From Lingula anatina (taxonomy: Eukaryota > Animalia > Brachiopoda): a stretch of 64,000 nt of DNA. The DNA lies in contig CM120642.1 in NCBI GenBank assembly GCA_051362555.1, forward strand, positions 26,226,001 through 26,290,000, read 5' to 3'. The position numbers and the translations under genes were made by a program. Below the pieces are notes generated by a model, which saw only the letters and a list, made by a program, of their open reading frames with translations, made no database searches and was not told the DNA's origin. Below are positions 36,964 through 51,939 of this stretch, one piece after another (the stretch's first letter is position 1; every line of letters starts with the position of its first letter).

Positions 36964-39856
36964 CGTTTTAAAATAGAATGATGTGTTGGGGAGTTGTTTA
37001 ATTGTTTCTGAGCTGCCTGAAAAGAAAGCCATTTGACCATATGCGAGTAATTTGATTTCAGTAGACCGTAATGGAAACTTGATAGTGTACATGCATGCTC
37101 ATTACATTTTAATGCCTTTCAAGATTGATACTTCATTTTATTAACGATAATGTGTGATTTTGTGAAGATTACACCAAAGATTAACACGCCTTATGTCATC
37201 AGATGCATCAACAGCTTGCCAAGTGTTTAGATCCAGATTCAGAGTACCCAAGTTTTTATAAAAACTTCTCATCTATCTTTATGGTCGATATAATTTGAGA
37301 CTCAAGAGCAAACGGGGCTGTAATTTCCATAAACAGGAGTGAGCCAACTGCTTTTGGTTTCAGGGTAACTTAATTAGGGAGATAAGAGAGAAGGCCAACT
37401 AGAGTGATGTGTGTATCGCCTCTCACAAGCATTTACCTCAATTGGATACTTATATATTTACGCAAACCATTTCTTCTAGTTTTCCTTTGATCCTGGCGAA
37501 TACGTGACGATGCATTCCAATACCCTTTATGAACCAAAATACGATGATTGAAACATAACCTGATATTCATAAAAAGAAAATAAGCCTCCTCTGTTTTAAA
37601 TGAGAATAACCACAAATTCATAAAGACCTAAAAACCCGCCGGGAAACCATCCATCTTGATATTCATTATATTCGGCTTTAGAATCTGAATTTCGCGAAAT
37701 AGCTTTCACGGTAATGCATTTTCTTTTGTATATTTTCTGTGTTTTATGGCGCAATTATTACATTATCTTTGTTGCACTCTCCATATAATGAAGTTTGCAT
37801 GTAAACCGCAGGCCTGATTAAACAATGTTGTCCCTTTTTACTTCTACGAAACCCTTATTAGGCTGGTTACTGTCAATTATGGAGTCAATTTCCTGACTAG
37901 ATACATTGCAAACATTTTTGTTTCATTGAGTTCGTATCAAGCTCACTGGTATTGTATGACACACTCGTTTAATTTTCCTTTAATGTGACCTTAAGACGGG
38001 TCAATATGGATGATATTGGAGTCAATGTCCCTACAAGAATAAACTGCACATTATTACAGCTTATAACACCAGGGAAATATGGTAAATCACGCAGCGGGCA
38101 TGAATGCAACAAGAACTGAAAACACAAATCAGAAGACCTCGGTCGATCAAACCGATTGTATCCTAAAACCCGAATCAATTAACGTCGCAAGGGGAAATTG
38201 TTCTGACGTTCGCTTGTCTATGTTTCTCCGTGTTTGTGGATTAGCGTGCCCCTTAATGGAGATGTAGGGAATCAATTGAATATACAGTTTTTCTTGGAAC
38301 GAGGAGGACGTGGTGTCTTTGATGCTTTATGGTGTTATGGTATAACAGTTAGAAGTTTTTAATGGGATACAATTTTTTTCCGTCTCTTATGTAGGAATTG
38401 TTTTGACAGCAACGTCAATTTTGTTCTATATAATGACATTAAAACACTGCCATCTGCCTCATTTATTTTAGCACCCGATGCTTGCCGTTTACATAGTTAT
38501 GGGGGTGTTTAATTTCAACTGTCCGTCGGATATGACCATTGATTTTCTTTACTCTACTTTAGATGGACTTCTGTGTATGTGTTTCATAGATGCGATTCTA
38601 GATATTAAAAGTACCAGATGAGTTTGCCAAAATTGTCATGAATTGGGAATATATAGCACTGAATTCATATACCAAAATTGCATGCCTCATTTTGCCTATT
38701 AGCATTTAGAATCCTTTGCACCATTACACCCTTTTTTAAATAATGCTGTGAGTCTATGGTGCCTTAGCGCGAATGAATACGATTAAATATTTTTTCTAGA
38801 GTCTAGTTTTCTATGTACTGTATCTTCCCCGAGCAGCGAATGCCATCATGCAATGTAATGTGACATAAGCAGTGTGTTAATTGTTGCGCATTAACAAGTG
38901 CTGTATTAGATAATAAACTGTGTTATTTGCTACAATATCATATATATACGAAAGTACTACTGTGGTCTAACCGTTATGCAATTATTGATACACGATGATG
39001 AGATCTCAATGATGTTTTTTTTAGTTAGTGTACTGACATTTTGACTATAATGAGTGATGCAGATCTTGGGGGTAAGGGCAGACAAAGGGGAGGATCAAAT
39101 GGAAAACAAGAATGCAAACAAGCATTTGAACAAGGTCGAATGCAAACAAGCGCCCTCTTCCTTATTACATCACCTGTATTGTTGACAGTTGGAAAGGAAT
39201 ACATTGCCTACGTTGTGGGCTTTTAATTTTTGTCATGCAATGTATACCACAATAGGAAAAATAAAACCAAGGAGACATTCATTATTTATTAGTTGACGCC
39301 TTGAAGAATATCAAAAGATGCAAATGACAAAAATGTTTATTGTTTTAACTGTATTTTATATTAAAAATTACAGAAAAAAATTCAAAAACCAATAATGGGC
39401 AATCGTTCTATGCGGCATTAATATACCATGCCTGTGATAACGATAGGTTTAGCGAGACATCGTCGTCTTATCTATACAAAACCGGCATCTGTAACGCTTG
39501 GATTAGGCGTATCAATTAGTACCATATTATGAAGCACACTTGCGGTATTTGCTATGTAATTTGCTGTTGAATAACAGATAAATGCTAGTTCACCGTCGGT
39601 GAAGGGCACATTACTTAAAGGGTAATGTTTTAAACATAGGTGTTCCCAGAAATTGTTTTATCTACATGAATATATAATCACAAAAGGGCAAAACATCACT
39701 TGTAAATGGAGTAAATGCCTTTGCTATACATCCTCAAAGAAGAAATAAACAAAACAGAGCAACATCGCAGTCAGTCTATGTCTAATTTAAAAGTGAAAGA
39801 ATTTTTAGCAACGATATGGTCACAGAGCGCGTCAGTTCACCATTGTACATGAACAA

Positions 39857-39935
39857 CCCAGCAAACACAGGGCGTTATCATGACGTTATCATAACGTTTA
39901 TAATATGACCAAAAAACGTTATGCTAACGTTACTG
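39857..39935 (+). mobile_element. Terminal fragment of a CCCAGCAAACAC-type non-autonomous DNA element with repeated aacgtt motifs
   Basis: acccagcaaacacagggcgttatcatgacgttatcataacgttt...aacgtt...aacgtt. A reverse-oriented relative lies at ~1333-1358. Confidence 0.35.
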
Positions 39936-41295
39936 TAACGAAGGCGAGGTGAAGTGAACATTCTGGACCTCATGGTAATAAAAAATTTGGGCATCTTAAT
40001 TTTTTAAAAATACATAAACATATCTAAGTGCATGGGTACTTAATAAAGCAATCTACATGTAAACTATTTTATATTCACCGCCCAAACCTCAATTTAAAAC
40101 CCATAAAGTCGTCAATTATAGACATAAATACACTAGTTTTAACCTACTTATTCGCTTAGATATGTTCAATATTTTAGCATTATCACCAAATGAAGGATGG
40201 CATTACGGTATTGTCATTACAATGTCATCTAGAAATCAATTCCATTAAGCATGTGTAGTGTAAGGACCAAAGCATAATTCTGTGCGGTTCTTTAAACAAG
40301 GTATAATGACAAAAAGAGCAATAGAGAGAGCGTATGAGGTGTACTAACGTTTATATGACAGATGCGCAGGCGCGTTTGAGTTAACCGTCTGTTTGGTCAA
40401 ATGTATTCCACAAATATGTATCTTCACACTTCGTGGCTTCTTTGCTCTTCAATAAGTGCATGCGTTTAAGACTTCATTCTCGCCTTAGGAGGTTTTGAAA
40501 GTTTAGGAAAAATCTGTAAGAAGTTTGTTAAATATCACCAACGCTGCTATTGTCGGACTGTTACCAAAGCCACTAATGACGGATCTTTAATTGCATTAGG
40601 CGACTGATATATCTACACTTAAAAAATAATTCTAGCTTAGCAGTTCTCCAACAACTGATACGAATACATAGGCGCAATTTCATTATTAGAGAGGTTTGGC
40701 AGAGAGGCTACCTGGGCCAGAATGCGTAGGATCTAGTGGTAATTTTACCACGATTCCACTATCATGAATATAATCAAGGGATATTAGGGATGAGTAATAT
40801 CAACTCCGCGAAAAAAGGAGATGTAACTCCTGCATTTTGCCCTAGAACGAGGAAGCATAAGCGAAGAGCACTGCAGAGATATTACGTGTGGTGAATGCGC
40901 CATGATTGGCATTTCGATTCTGCTTACTTTCCACTTGTCAGATTCCAGGCTTGTGGATCACACGTGAACCATCGCATTGCTCCATACGGGTTTTCTTCCT
41001 TGATGTTTGGAGATGAGAGTGTCGTAACCTATTCGGTATGACTTCCCTTTTAATATATGTATAAATATAAGTTTTAGCTCAGCCCGTGTTGAAAACAACC
41101 GGAGATTGGCAAGGATCGCAGAAACAATTTTGAAAACAACACCGAAGAACGACAGGAGTATTAGGGCCTACTTAAAAGGTTATTTTCATTTTCGACTGAA
41201 CCAGAAATCTCTGAATCTTAACAGAGATCGGAGTACATGGACAGCGGTTTCTACTAAGAGTTTGGAAAGAACTGCAGGAAGGATATATATCGAAA

Positions 41296-44200
41296 ATGTG
41301 TTTGACGCTAGATGACGTGAAAATAGCAGCGAGAGGACTATTCGAATACGAGACACCCAAATATGTGGTCATCAAGAACAATGTGGTGGGAACCATCAAC
41401 TTTACAATACAGTTGACCATATTATTGTATACGGCATTGTAAGTACCATTATCCTCTTGAAATTACTGTACACGATTAGAATGTGTGACGGAATTAATGT
41501 TTTCTATCGTGCGCTATGTTTTTCTTACTTTAACAGATAAGACTTAATTTCAATGGTATTGGCATTCGTATCTATTACCGCTAATAGAAATTTGCTTTTA
41601 TTAGACCCATGTGACTTCTTGCTTCGCAAAGCTCTGAGTGATTTTCCCAATGGGCAACACGTTCACTTGTGTGTATAAGCCAGAGTAGTCTAGAGGCTAG
41701 GGATCTATGCATGTACGCAACGTTAGAGTATCATAGGCCTACATGTGGGTTGCATTCCCAGTGAAATTGTGACGGCTTAACCTATTACGCACTGTCAGAG
41801 CAGACCGTAAAATTATTATTTCTAACCATGGGATGCCCATTTTCGAGACACCAGAGGAATTAGTTTGGCTTTATACGGTTAGAAAAAATATGTGATTTTT
41901 AGTGATTTTCAGAGTGCGTATTAATTTCAACAAAATGAAATCAACATACAGCTTTGACAAATACTTCACGGAACACAGTACCTTTATACTAGAGAGAAAT
42001 AGGCAGTAGTACAGAGTTCAATATAAAACGTATTTGATGGGAGATAATTGTCATAGTAATAGCTATATTAAAATATTAAAATGTATTCTGCAGCTGGTAG
42101 CAATTATAGTACGCAATTGCCATTGTGAATGAAGTTGGCCATGTCCCATTCCCAAGACCCCAATAACACAAACGTTGAACATTATTGTTAAAAGCTATTA
42201 GATATATATGCCTGACAAATTAGATGTTTTAGATAAGCCCGAGATAGAATTTGGTATTAAATACGTAGGATGGAAAGCACAGTAGTCTATTAGAAGTTGA
42301 ACTTTTTTGGTTTCGTGCTTCTGACGATGTTCATTCACGCTCTGGGAGACACGGGAGTTCGGAGTATTTAATTTAGTGTAATACGGTGTAATACGAGTTT
42401 GTTAAGTGTGTTGTCATGGTGATAGTGTCATTTCGAGGCAGACTACAGCGTTGTCTCGTTTGGTGAATGTCATGTCAGTCTCAGTGTGGATGTCTATTTA
42501 TCAAATAATTTAAATTGTTGGATAATACCAAAGTGGTTGACTTTTAATTAAAATTATTCTTACATGTAAGGTAAACATGAATGTGATAATCTAAAGTCAC
42601 GCCAGAGGCAAAAATGATGAGCAAAACTATTCACGGATCTTGGGTTTCAAAGTGTCTTTTTCAAGTGGGCATTTTTAGAGCAAATCTACCCCGAGATTAC
42701 ATGTAGGCCTACACCGAGAATGGGTTACTGTAAATAACGTGTACCTTTCTGGTACAATTCTGTTCTGATCAAACTGTCTACTATGAGGGCGTACACAACA
42801 TAAAGCAGAACTCAAATGTATATATTTACCTACTACAGATAGCTTCGAAGGTCTGCGTACATACTAATACGTATGGCAGTGGCGGAGTTAGGGGGGGGGG
42901 TCAGGGCGGTCCTGACCCCCCCCCCCCCCTTCGCTTTCTGAAAAATATATCACACCAATATTCCCCTCTTGAAATTAGAATTTGGACTAGCCAAATTATA
43001 GTTTTAAACCATACCAAAGGGCACTGTTTGCTCTCTAAAACACACACAAAAAAAAAAAAAAATCGGGGCCCCACACCAAAGAGGCGATGGTCGGCTTACA
43101 TCCGAGGCCTGTCGCTCCGGACCCCCCTTCAAATAATCCTGGATCCGCCCCTGGTATTGTAAGATTACTGAAGGCGATGGGCGGTGGTCATATTTACATG
43201 TCTCTGAATATGTGTCCGCACACATCCAAAAACTCATTACTAAAGCTGAAACCTTTATAACACATGTTCTTACATCATGGGGACACTCCTTTGGAAACTG
43301 AAATGACATTTAATTGAAAACAAAATGCCATTTCCGACGATGACTCTCACAGGCTTTCATACACGATAGGGTTATTTCAGTGCAGATACGACTAATGGCA
43401 GTATGAAGGGTGTAGAATCCCATATGGGGCATTATATATTAGGTACGCTGACGCATTGCCTTGTCCACCTAAATGGTCGTTCATATTGCAAGCTATCCCA
43501 GTATCGGTTTTGTTTGTAGAAACCTGGATAGCGTACATTTTCGTTTTCTTACTTGGGTACATTTGTGTCAAAGGTAGATTTTTGCATAAGCCTTTAGATT
43601 AGCAGGCATTGCTAAATTGGATTAGTAGATGAAGTGAATTGCAGCTTGTACACCGGAGAAAAACAGATACTTGAAGATGTTAGATAAAGGATATTAGAAC
43701 AGTTGAAAAACAATATACGGTGATAAAATTAATATATTATCAATCAATGTAGGAACGCATGAGATCGTTTCGTGTTGGCAAATGGCATTAGATAACAAAA
43801 CAATAAATTCCAATCAATTAACAACCTGTAACAGCCTCAACATCCGGGTCTTAAGAAAGCTAGGGCATTTCCAAATGGCAGCGTGGCCATTGGTACGAGG
43901 CGAAAGACAAAACGGATTGTCCTAGTTTCTGACAAGAGGCGGCATGGAAGCGTTCATAGAAAAAAATTGATGGTAGCCTTACATTAACAACTTTTCTTGT
44001 ATAGCTAATAACAAAACACTTAAGGGGTTTCTTTTTTTCACAGATTAAGTTTGCTGTGAAACAGGGCCATTGGTATGAGGCAAAAGACAAATCAAATTGT
44101 CCTACTTTCTAACAAGTGGCGGTACTGAAGCGTTAATAGAAAAATGATGGTAGCCTTTCACTAACAACTTTGTCTTTTTTTAGCCAACATCAAAACACTC

Positions 44201-47200
44201 AAGGGGTTTCATTTTTCACAGATTAAGTTTGCTGTGAAACATAAGGGTATTGGTAAAAGCAAAAGACAAAACAGATGGCCCTACTTTCAAACAAGTGTCG
44301 GAATGGAAGCGTTAATAGAAAAGGTGATGGTATGGTAGCCTTACATTAACAAGTTTGTATTTCATAGTCAACATTCAAAACACTCTAGGGGTTGCTCTCT
44401 TTATAAATGAAGTTTTCTCTGAAACACCAAACCACAACTTTTTTGGAATTACATAAAGTGCATGTCCCAAGAGATACAGTCCGCACTTAATGTTACCACA
44501 ACCTCCATCTGTTGTTTTACTCAGAATTGATTGATAAATTATGTAATCCTTGTCGATGATTTAATATAACATCATACCAGCATGGCTGTTGTTTTAATGA
44601 ATAAAGTCATGCACAAAATATTGTGTACAACGTACTGCAGACTACCAGAACTGCTGTCTTCATTATCGTCATCACCATTGTTGTTGTTGTTGTTATTGTA
44701 ATTATGATTGTTACGATTAACATCATTATTGTAGTCTCGGTATTGTACGCTGTAGCAAAACTGTGAACAGAAAATAGTGATGAATGTTAAGGACCACGCT
44801 TTTCGAAACTCCAAATAACTTATTATTGCCATCGATTTTGTCGATTTATCTACAATCTTTACCGGATGAGAGTGTTGGTCCTGAGCCCCAACCCCACCAT
44901 ACCCCACCCTACCCCACGCACCACACCCAAGAAGTAAAACGGACAGAGACGGGGGAATCCAAACTTGAAAAGCGTTTTTATCTGACGACTATATACAATC
45001 TACATGAAGTTGAAATGTCCATCCGATAAAAATCTTAATTTGAGAATTAAAGTAATTATTTGCCGCGCAGAAGCCTGCGTCTGTCAACTGAAGTCGGCTT
45101 CTGACATTATATGATTAATGGAAGTTTGTGGTCTTGGGGGACGGCTCTATACCAACGGGAATGGCACGATACCATAATAGCTGAAACCATGCAAATAACA
45201 TTTTCTAAAAACGTCGTACATCGCTCTTTCGCTATCAATTTCTGTATACAAGAAGCAGGTTTGAATCTATATTTTCTGGCACAGTCGTCATATGAAAAGT
45301 AATTATCTGCTGTAACCCGAAAATCCCTGAAAATAACTCGATGCATTTTGGCTCATGAAGCTATCGAACTGTGCAGATTTGTAGCGGCGCGTTTACACTT
45401 GTGAAAACGTAGAATGGTTAAGGCTCAAGAAAGGACTGCACCCAGTCATAGTCTTGGCTAGGGGCACCTGATTGAACCAAGTCCTTGAAAAAAAATACGG
45501 AGTTGCAGGAGTTGATTACGTTCACGGATACGGTTTCTGGTGAGGTACGACAACCAACTTTTATTTGCCTTGAAAGCATTTTAAGCAAGCCTCACACGGC
45601 GCAATGGAGGCTGTGTGTGATCGTGCCGCAGAGATGTGATGCATTTAGAGTGAGCCCCGGTAAAATGGGCCAGGCATGTGACTGATAAACAACAACAGAG
45701 AACCACAGTCTAGGCCTACAATAAGTTTATGACTGATAAGAAAAGGCTTTGTGTTGATCATTTTTCTAACCTTCCGTCAGTAGAGAATGTCCAATTGCAT
45801 TATGTGTTAATTGTTTGAACCACCGCCCTGGAATGTTTTTTTTTTATGGCAGATTTTCTACTGGCATTTGGATCGAATAGATGGTTTCCTTTTATTATCA
45901 ACTGTATTGATATGGCATCTCAACTGTATTGTTATATGATGTGATTCATTTGAATAGCCCAGCTTCAATGCATAAATGATGTTTCATTTTGATTTCGCCT
46001 TGGTGCATCATGCAGCAGTGAACGCTTGAAAGCTACATCGTCCTTTTGTATAGCGGTGAAATTAATATTGGTAAATATGCAAAGCGTTTCTTACCCGCAT
46101 ATCCGTTCGATATTCAACTTTATACTGGGCAAATTCTACGCAGATTTGTCATTCTACTTGATCTATAGAAGATTTCAGGATGACAAAAAGATCTTTTAAA
46201 ACATGCAAAGTGTATGATGTATGTCGACTTTACTGAAGTAATCCTGAAAAATCGAAGTCAAGGATTGTAAGGCAAACTATCATTTGCTTCTTGCAACTTA
46301 ATCTGTTTCGCCATAAGCTTAAATACTAAGTGCGTTTGCTAGTGCACTTAAAGCAAATGCTACATATTAAACATGGTCCCCTGCCAGGAACACGACGCTG
46401 ATACTATCATGTTAGCTATTTACGCAGCTTAAAGTTAAAAATTGACAGACTATTAATTGATGGGCCATGCTGGCCAATTTTGTAACGGAGTGGTAGAAAC
46501 GCTCCTAGGGTTATTTGCTAATTAATTATAGCTTTCAATGAGACTCTCTAAATATGCTATTATAGAGTGGTTGGGGGACCTTAATTGCACATACTACTCG
46601 AGAGCGATTTTCCATGTAGTCACTTTAAATTTTATTAATTGCATACACCCTTGCACCTACGTGTCCACGCAGTAAAGAGCGTAGGATCTGAATCGATGAG
46701 TTACTTGTCTAGTTAGCTACCCTATACTTAGCACGATAGTATTAATACCAGTTACAATATGTGTTGTGTTAGAAGCTATTAGCCTATGGCTTGTTTCAGT
46801 TTAGATTTTTTTGTGGGAGAACTTGAAATAAATGGTAATTTGTTGAAAGTCGGGTTTTACACCAGGTGCCAGCTTACTCTTATAAGCACATTAAGTTTTG
46901 GAGTCATAATGTAGGCCTAATACCCAGACCGTTTTCAAACAGCATCGATTTTTAGAGAAGCAGAACAGTTAACAAAAAATGAATAACTCTGTGTGAAAGA
47001 ACCAGACGGCTCTTGAAACCGTTTTTAAGTAGGTTTGGATTCAGTGACAAAAGCAAAGTAACCTGTGTCTGAAAATTAATGGACATTCATTCATTTAAGT
47101 GTTTCTGAATGATTAAACGGTGTGTACAAGTGTCGCAGGCCAGGCTTCCAAATACAAGTAAACTACACACGGTGAACATTTGGTTCATTAGTTAATTGTT

Positions 47201-47324
47201 TGCAAAGTTGCTAATGAATCCCTGATGATTCAAACCGTATTCAAAGTTTTGTCAAATGACTTGTATGTTTATATATATTTGAACCATTTCGGTATGCCGG
47301 GCACAGATGCACACACACTCGTAG

Positions 47325-47363
<39 letters not shown>

Positions 47364-50300
47364 ACAGAGAGAGAGAGAGAAACGCTTGCAAGCCACACTG
47401 AATGTTGGCAATTATCGCATGCATTCAGTTGGCACATGGACGGCAACAGTGACGTTTACGGCGTCTGTCCTCAGTGGGTAGAATTTGTGTCAATTTCAAG
47501 AATTTGTTAATCTTATGGTTCAATATCCAAGCATAGAAAAGGTTAGTTCTTTCAAACTCTGAGTTTCCAATGAGAATCAAATGGAGATTATCAATGACAT
47601 GAAAAACCAGTAAAAAGCGTCAAAATCAGAATAAATCGTTTTCATAAAAAAAAAAAAAAACATTCAGATGAATTCAGAGATGCCAGTACGCCAGTTTGGT
47701 GGTATGCCTGAACTACTTTCAATATAAACTTTGTTTATGAAGCCTTGCATGTGAGTTGATGCAGATGCTCCGTGCTTGCTCAGGTGCAAGCGCAGTTGAG
47801 GAGTGATGTGTTTATCAAATAATAATTCCATGTGTTACTTTGCCTTAGTAAGGTGAACTGATGTATATAAAACAGCGATGGTATTCCATCAGTATCTAAG
47901 TTTCCAACTATTCCACCCCCACCTCCACCGCTCAGCGCCCAAACAAACCCCGTTTATTTAGTTTGTAGAGCTCACTGGTAAAATAATCTCCTAACATTTG
48001 AAATTCAAATTGACGGTGCACGAAACGTTTGTCGAAATAACAAGGTGGAAGAGAGGCAAAGAAAAAGGTTGTTCTGTAGATATATACCTGTCTATAGCTT
48101 CTGTCAATACTCCTACATCGAATAATTTTCTGCTTTTTTGGTTGTCTGAGAGACGTTAAGAAGATTGAAAAGGGTGGAAAAGTCACACTTATAATCAAGC
48201 TGCAACAGCTGTGTTTGCTTTCAATGATCTCATTCTTTCAATTAGAAAAAAAAAATGGAATCAGGGAGATCGTCTCTGACGAAAGTTCACATCAGCATGA
48301 TTCCCTGAAAAAACTGGTGATGAGTTTTCGATATGCTACTTTAATTACGTTCGTTCCAAGTATGTTTGAGTAATGTACAGTATGCCAAGCCCATGTTTTC
48401 CCTAATTGCGCTTTTCATCTCTAGAGACCGTTCAATCTTGGAAAAACATTTCACGTGTTCGAATTTAACTTAAATACTGATTCTAATACATTTTATATTA
48501 AGTGTTGTATTTTGCTTCATGGTTGTCCAAGGCGTAGACAGGATTGCAAAAGGCGAAATGGTTCTTGCTATGAAACAAGCTGTGATAGCTGTTAATTATT
48601 CCCTTACGGTGTCTAATTCCACAAAAAAATGTCACGAAGATTTTGAATATTGAAAAGATCTGTTGGGTATGATGATTGCCAATGAAAAAGCCTTTGTTTC
48701 TCATATAATTGCGTAATACACGCCAGGCTTATTATTTCCTTTATTGCTCTTTATTTCTCCAGAGACGGTATTATCTCCGAAAAATAAATCATGTGCCCAA
48801 AAGTGATTAAATTAATGTTCCAACATTGTTTAATGCATTTTGCGTCATCATTTGCTAAAAGCGTGAAGAATATTGAAAAGGGCAAAGAAGCCCATGTTAT
48901 GATATAAGCAGTGATGGCCTTAAATTAGCTCTTTGTTCCCTCGTAGCAAAACAAGCGTTTGGTAAATTGGTAATCATGGAAAGATAACCTAAACACGAAC
49001 TCTTTATTTGCTTTTCATTCTGCCTCATTCGTTTGTACCACATATGTTTGCGTAATATACTCCCATCTGAGGAAGTCATTTCCCTAAGCGAGCTTTTATC
49101 TCTATAGTAGGTTTAATCTCCGAAAACTGAAGCAATTGTCCCGAATGGATTCGACAAGTTAGCTCTACTGTTATAGTTAAGTGTTGTGATGAAAACCATG
49201 TATTGCCTTTTGGAAACAAATTGGCGTCGTGACAAGAAATGCATCCCACATACCTTGACAATATACAAAACATACTACAATTTGGATTAAAACTACGTCA
49301 ATCATCATGCAATTTATCAAATTAACATTATGACCGACATTTTTTTAGTATTTAGTAGGATTTATGCCATCGATAGTAAATGCCGGTAGTTTTAGATTGA
49401 TGGTATAGACCTAAATATGTAACGGGAATGGAGGGGAAGTAATTACGTAACAGGAAGCGCACGCGCAGAGATATAACAGGAATGGGGAAAGTAACTTTTA
49501 CAAAACTTTAGGCACTCCCACAGTTCAAAAGCAAGAATACAGAAATCATAATGTGCATCAGAAATGAAATGTTCTAAACTTATTCCTGCCTTATTGGGTT
49601 TTATGTTTTCATTTTAAGAAAAAACGAACGATTTTCATCCTCTAAACTGCCCTGAATATCGTGTTCTTTCTTTGGGTTAGTGAGTCCTATATAAACAAAG
49701 TGCCAATATATATCCATTGGAGTATGACTCTACGAGAATATTTAATTAGTTTCTGCGAGACTCAGGGTGGGCCTTATTCCTGTGAATCCTCTTACTGATA
49801 TAGTCATTGAAAATGAAAATGGCACAGCAAATATGACAGATTTGAGTTTCGGAACTGACAATAATCGCCCTTTTGATTCGGATTTACTAATAATACAGAC
49901 TGTTTATTTTTTTCTGTAATCCACCAAAAATCTATAATATAGCGTTTTTAGCAGCTTGGTTCCAACCTTCTTCATTGATCACATATACTCATTAATCACT
50001 CCATTTTGGAAACTAAAAACCATCCCAGTTCATCTGTGATGTTTTCACACAATGATATCCTCATTCTACTGTCTTGTGAATAGGGCCAATAGACATGCAA
50101 ACAGACAGAACCAAAATAAAACAGAATTCAGATACTTTGTATTTGTATATTGAACAATTCGAGTCAAGTTGGCTGCGTTTCTTCCTAGAGAGACACGTTA
50201 CTCTGCCTCAATCCAGGTTCGAACAGTTTTTGAGTTCATTTACGCGACAATGCTTATTGGAGCCAAGCCCAGTATCAATTACGACTAAATTTAACTGTAT

Positions 50301-51898
50301 TCACTCAAGTATATCATAACAACCTACAGAGAAGCAAGTTGCCTGGAGATAGATCAACTATAATGATCTGGGCAAACACCCGGCAACTGGGTGGATAGAA
50401 ACCAATGTGGTTTCCAGGAGATAAGTACAAATTAAATGATATATCCCCTGATGAAAAACCCTAAATGAAAAAGATAGATCTGCCTTGGGCTGATTTCGGT
50501 TTAGGATTTTGATGATTACGAAGTAAAACTTAACACTCATGAGGTCAAAGTTGTGGAGATTACACATATTTCATTTCCTTATTTTGTATTTGAGTAACAT
50601 TTGAATCTATAGAAAAAAAGCATCAGCCAAAACTTACTGAAGTATTCATTAACAAGCCGTTATTGGGGCGTAACATATAATGTACATGTATGACATTCTT
50701 GCTAAAAAGTTTGGAATATACCAATGTTACATTAATGTTAAAAGTAAAATTATGTCAAGCATAGAAAAAATGCGATATAATCATTCATCCAGCTCATCCT
50801 TTTTTTATAAGAGGAGATCGACATATTCATCCTTCACATTTGTTGGAGAGGATTAATTGCCACTGCACACATCAGCAGCAGGTATATAAGTGTGCATTTT
50901 TAAAACCTCGCATTCTGGCTATTTTGTCACAGAGCATTGCAGCTGTAACCACCTAGAGCTCACCTCTTCAATAATTTGCGCCATTTTTCAAAACTGCAGT
51001 GTAACAGCCATTGCTTAAGCCCCTTTTACACTGGAGACGTCCTTTATGCGTCCCGTAGTACGGCCCCGTTTGAGAGTAAAAAAGAAAAAAAACTTTACGT
51101 GCCGACACCTGGCGTAACTGACGTAATTATCGGCGTAATTATCGAGTATTCATTTTATGGTGGCTGAAAGGACGCCGCCCAGTGTAAAAACGTGTGAAAA
51201 CTACCATAACAAAATAAGGGAATTTAATAATATGTCACTTGTTTTAGATATGTTCTATATTGATTTATATAAGGAAGAGTATATATGCACGGGGGGGGGG
51301 AGTATCCTTTGATTGAATTTGCGGAATTTGTACTTGCACTGTAGCCATATTTGTTATAGATTTGACTTACTTTAGACCTGCACTGTTTATTATTTCTGTA
51401 TTCCTCTGCGTCTGCCTGCCGGGCCTCCAGGTCAAATAACAAAATGAACGAGATTTTCAATCACATTTTATCAGGGTAAATGATAGCCATGTTATGGTCT
51501 ATCACTTTGGTTTGCTAACGTTATGGGCCTTGCACCCTGTTGTGAGACTTCAAATCCCGTCATATTTTGAATGAATAAGTGTGATAAATTGAATTTAATT
51601 TAACACGTAAAATTCAGTTGTCATTTGGAATTAGGTTTATCAATGAAATTCTGACATGATTGGTTTATTGTCCATAGCATTGTGTAAATTAAAAATGGTC
51701 ACCAACAAATAATCACTGGTGTTGTATTTCAGTTACGCCCTCTGGTGGGAAAGGGGGTACCAAGAAACAGAGGTGCCGGTCAGTGCGGTGACCACAAAAT
51801 TAAAGGGGATTGAGTACACCAATATTTCGTCCGTAGGACCTCGCATTTGGGACGTTGCTGAATATGTTGTACCTCCTTTGGTGAGTTACGAGTTTTCA

Positions 51899-51939
<41 letters not shown>

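Noticed and set aside
43885-44425. CRISPR-like array
   Set aside because: Contiguous long units without unique spacers, in a eukaryotic context.
44572-44907. Asn/Asp-rich 111-aa minus-strand ORF
   Set aside because: Derived from (TTG)n/(ATC)n simple repeats.
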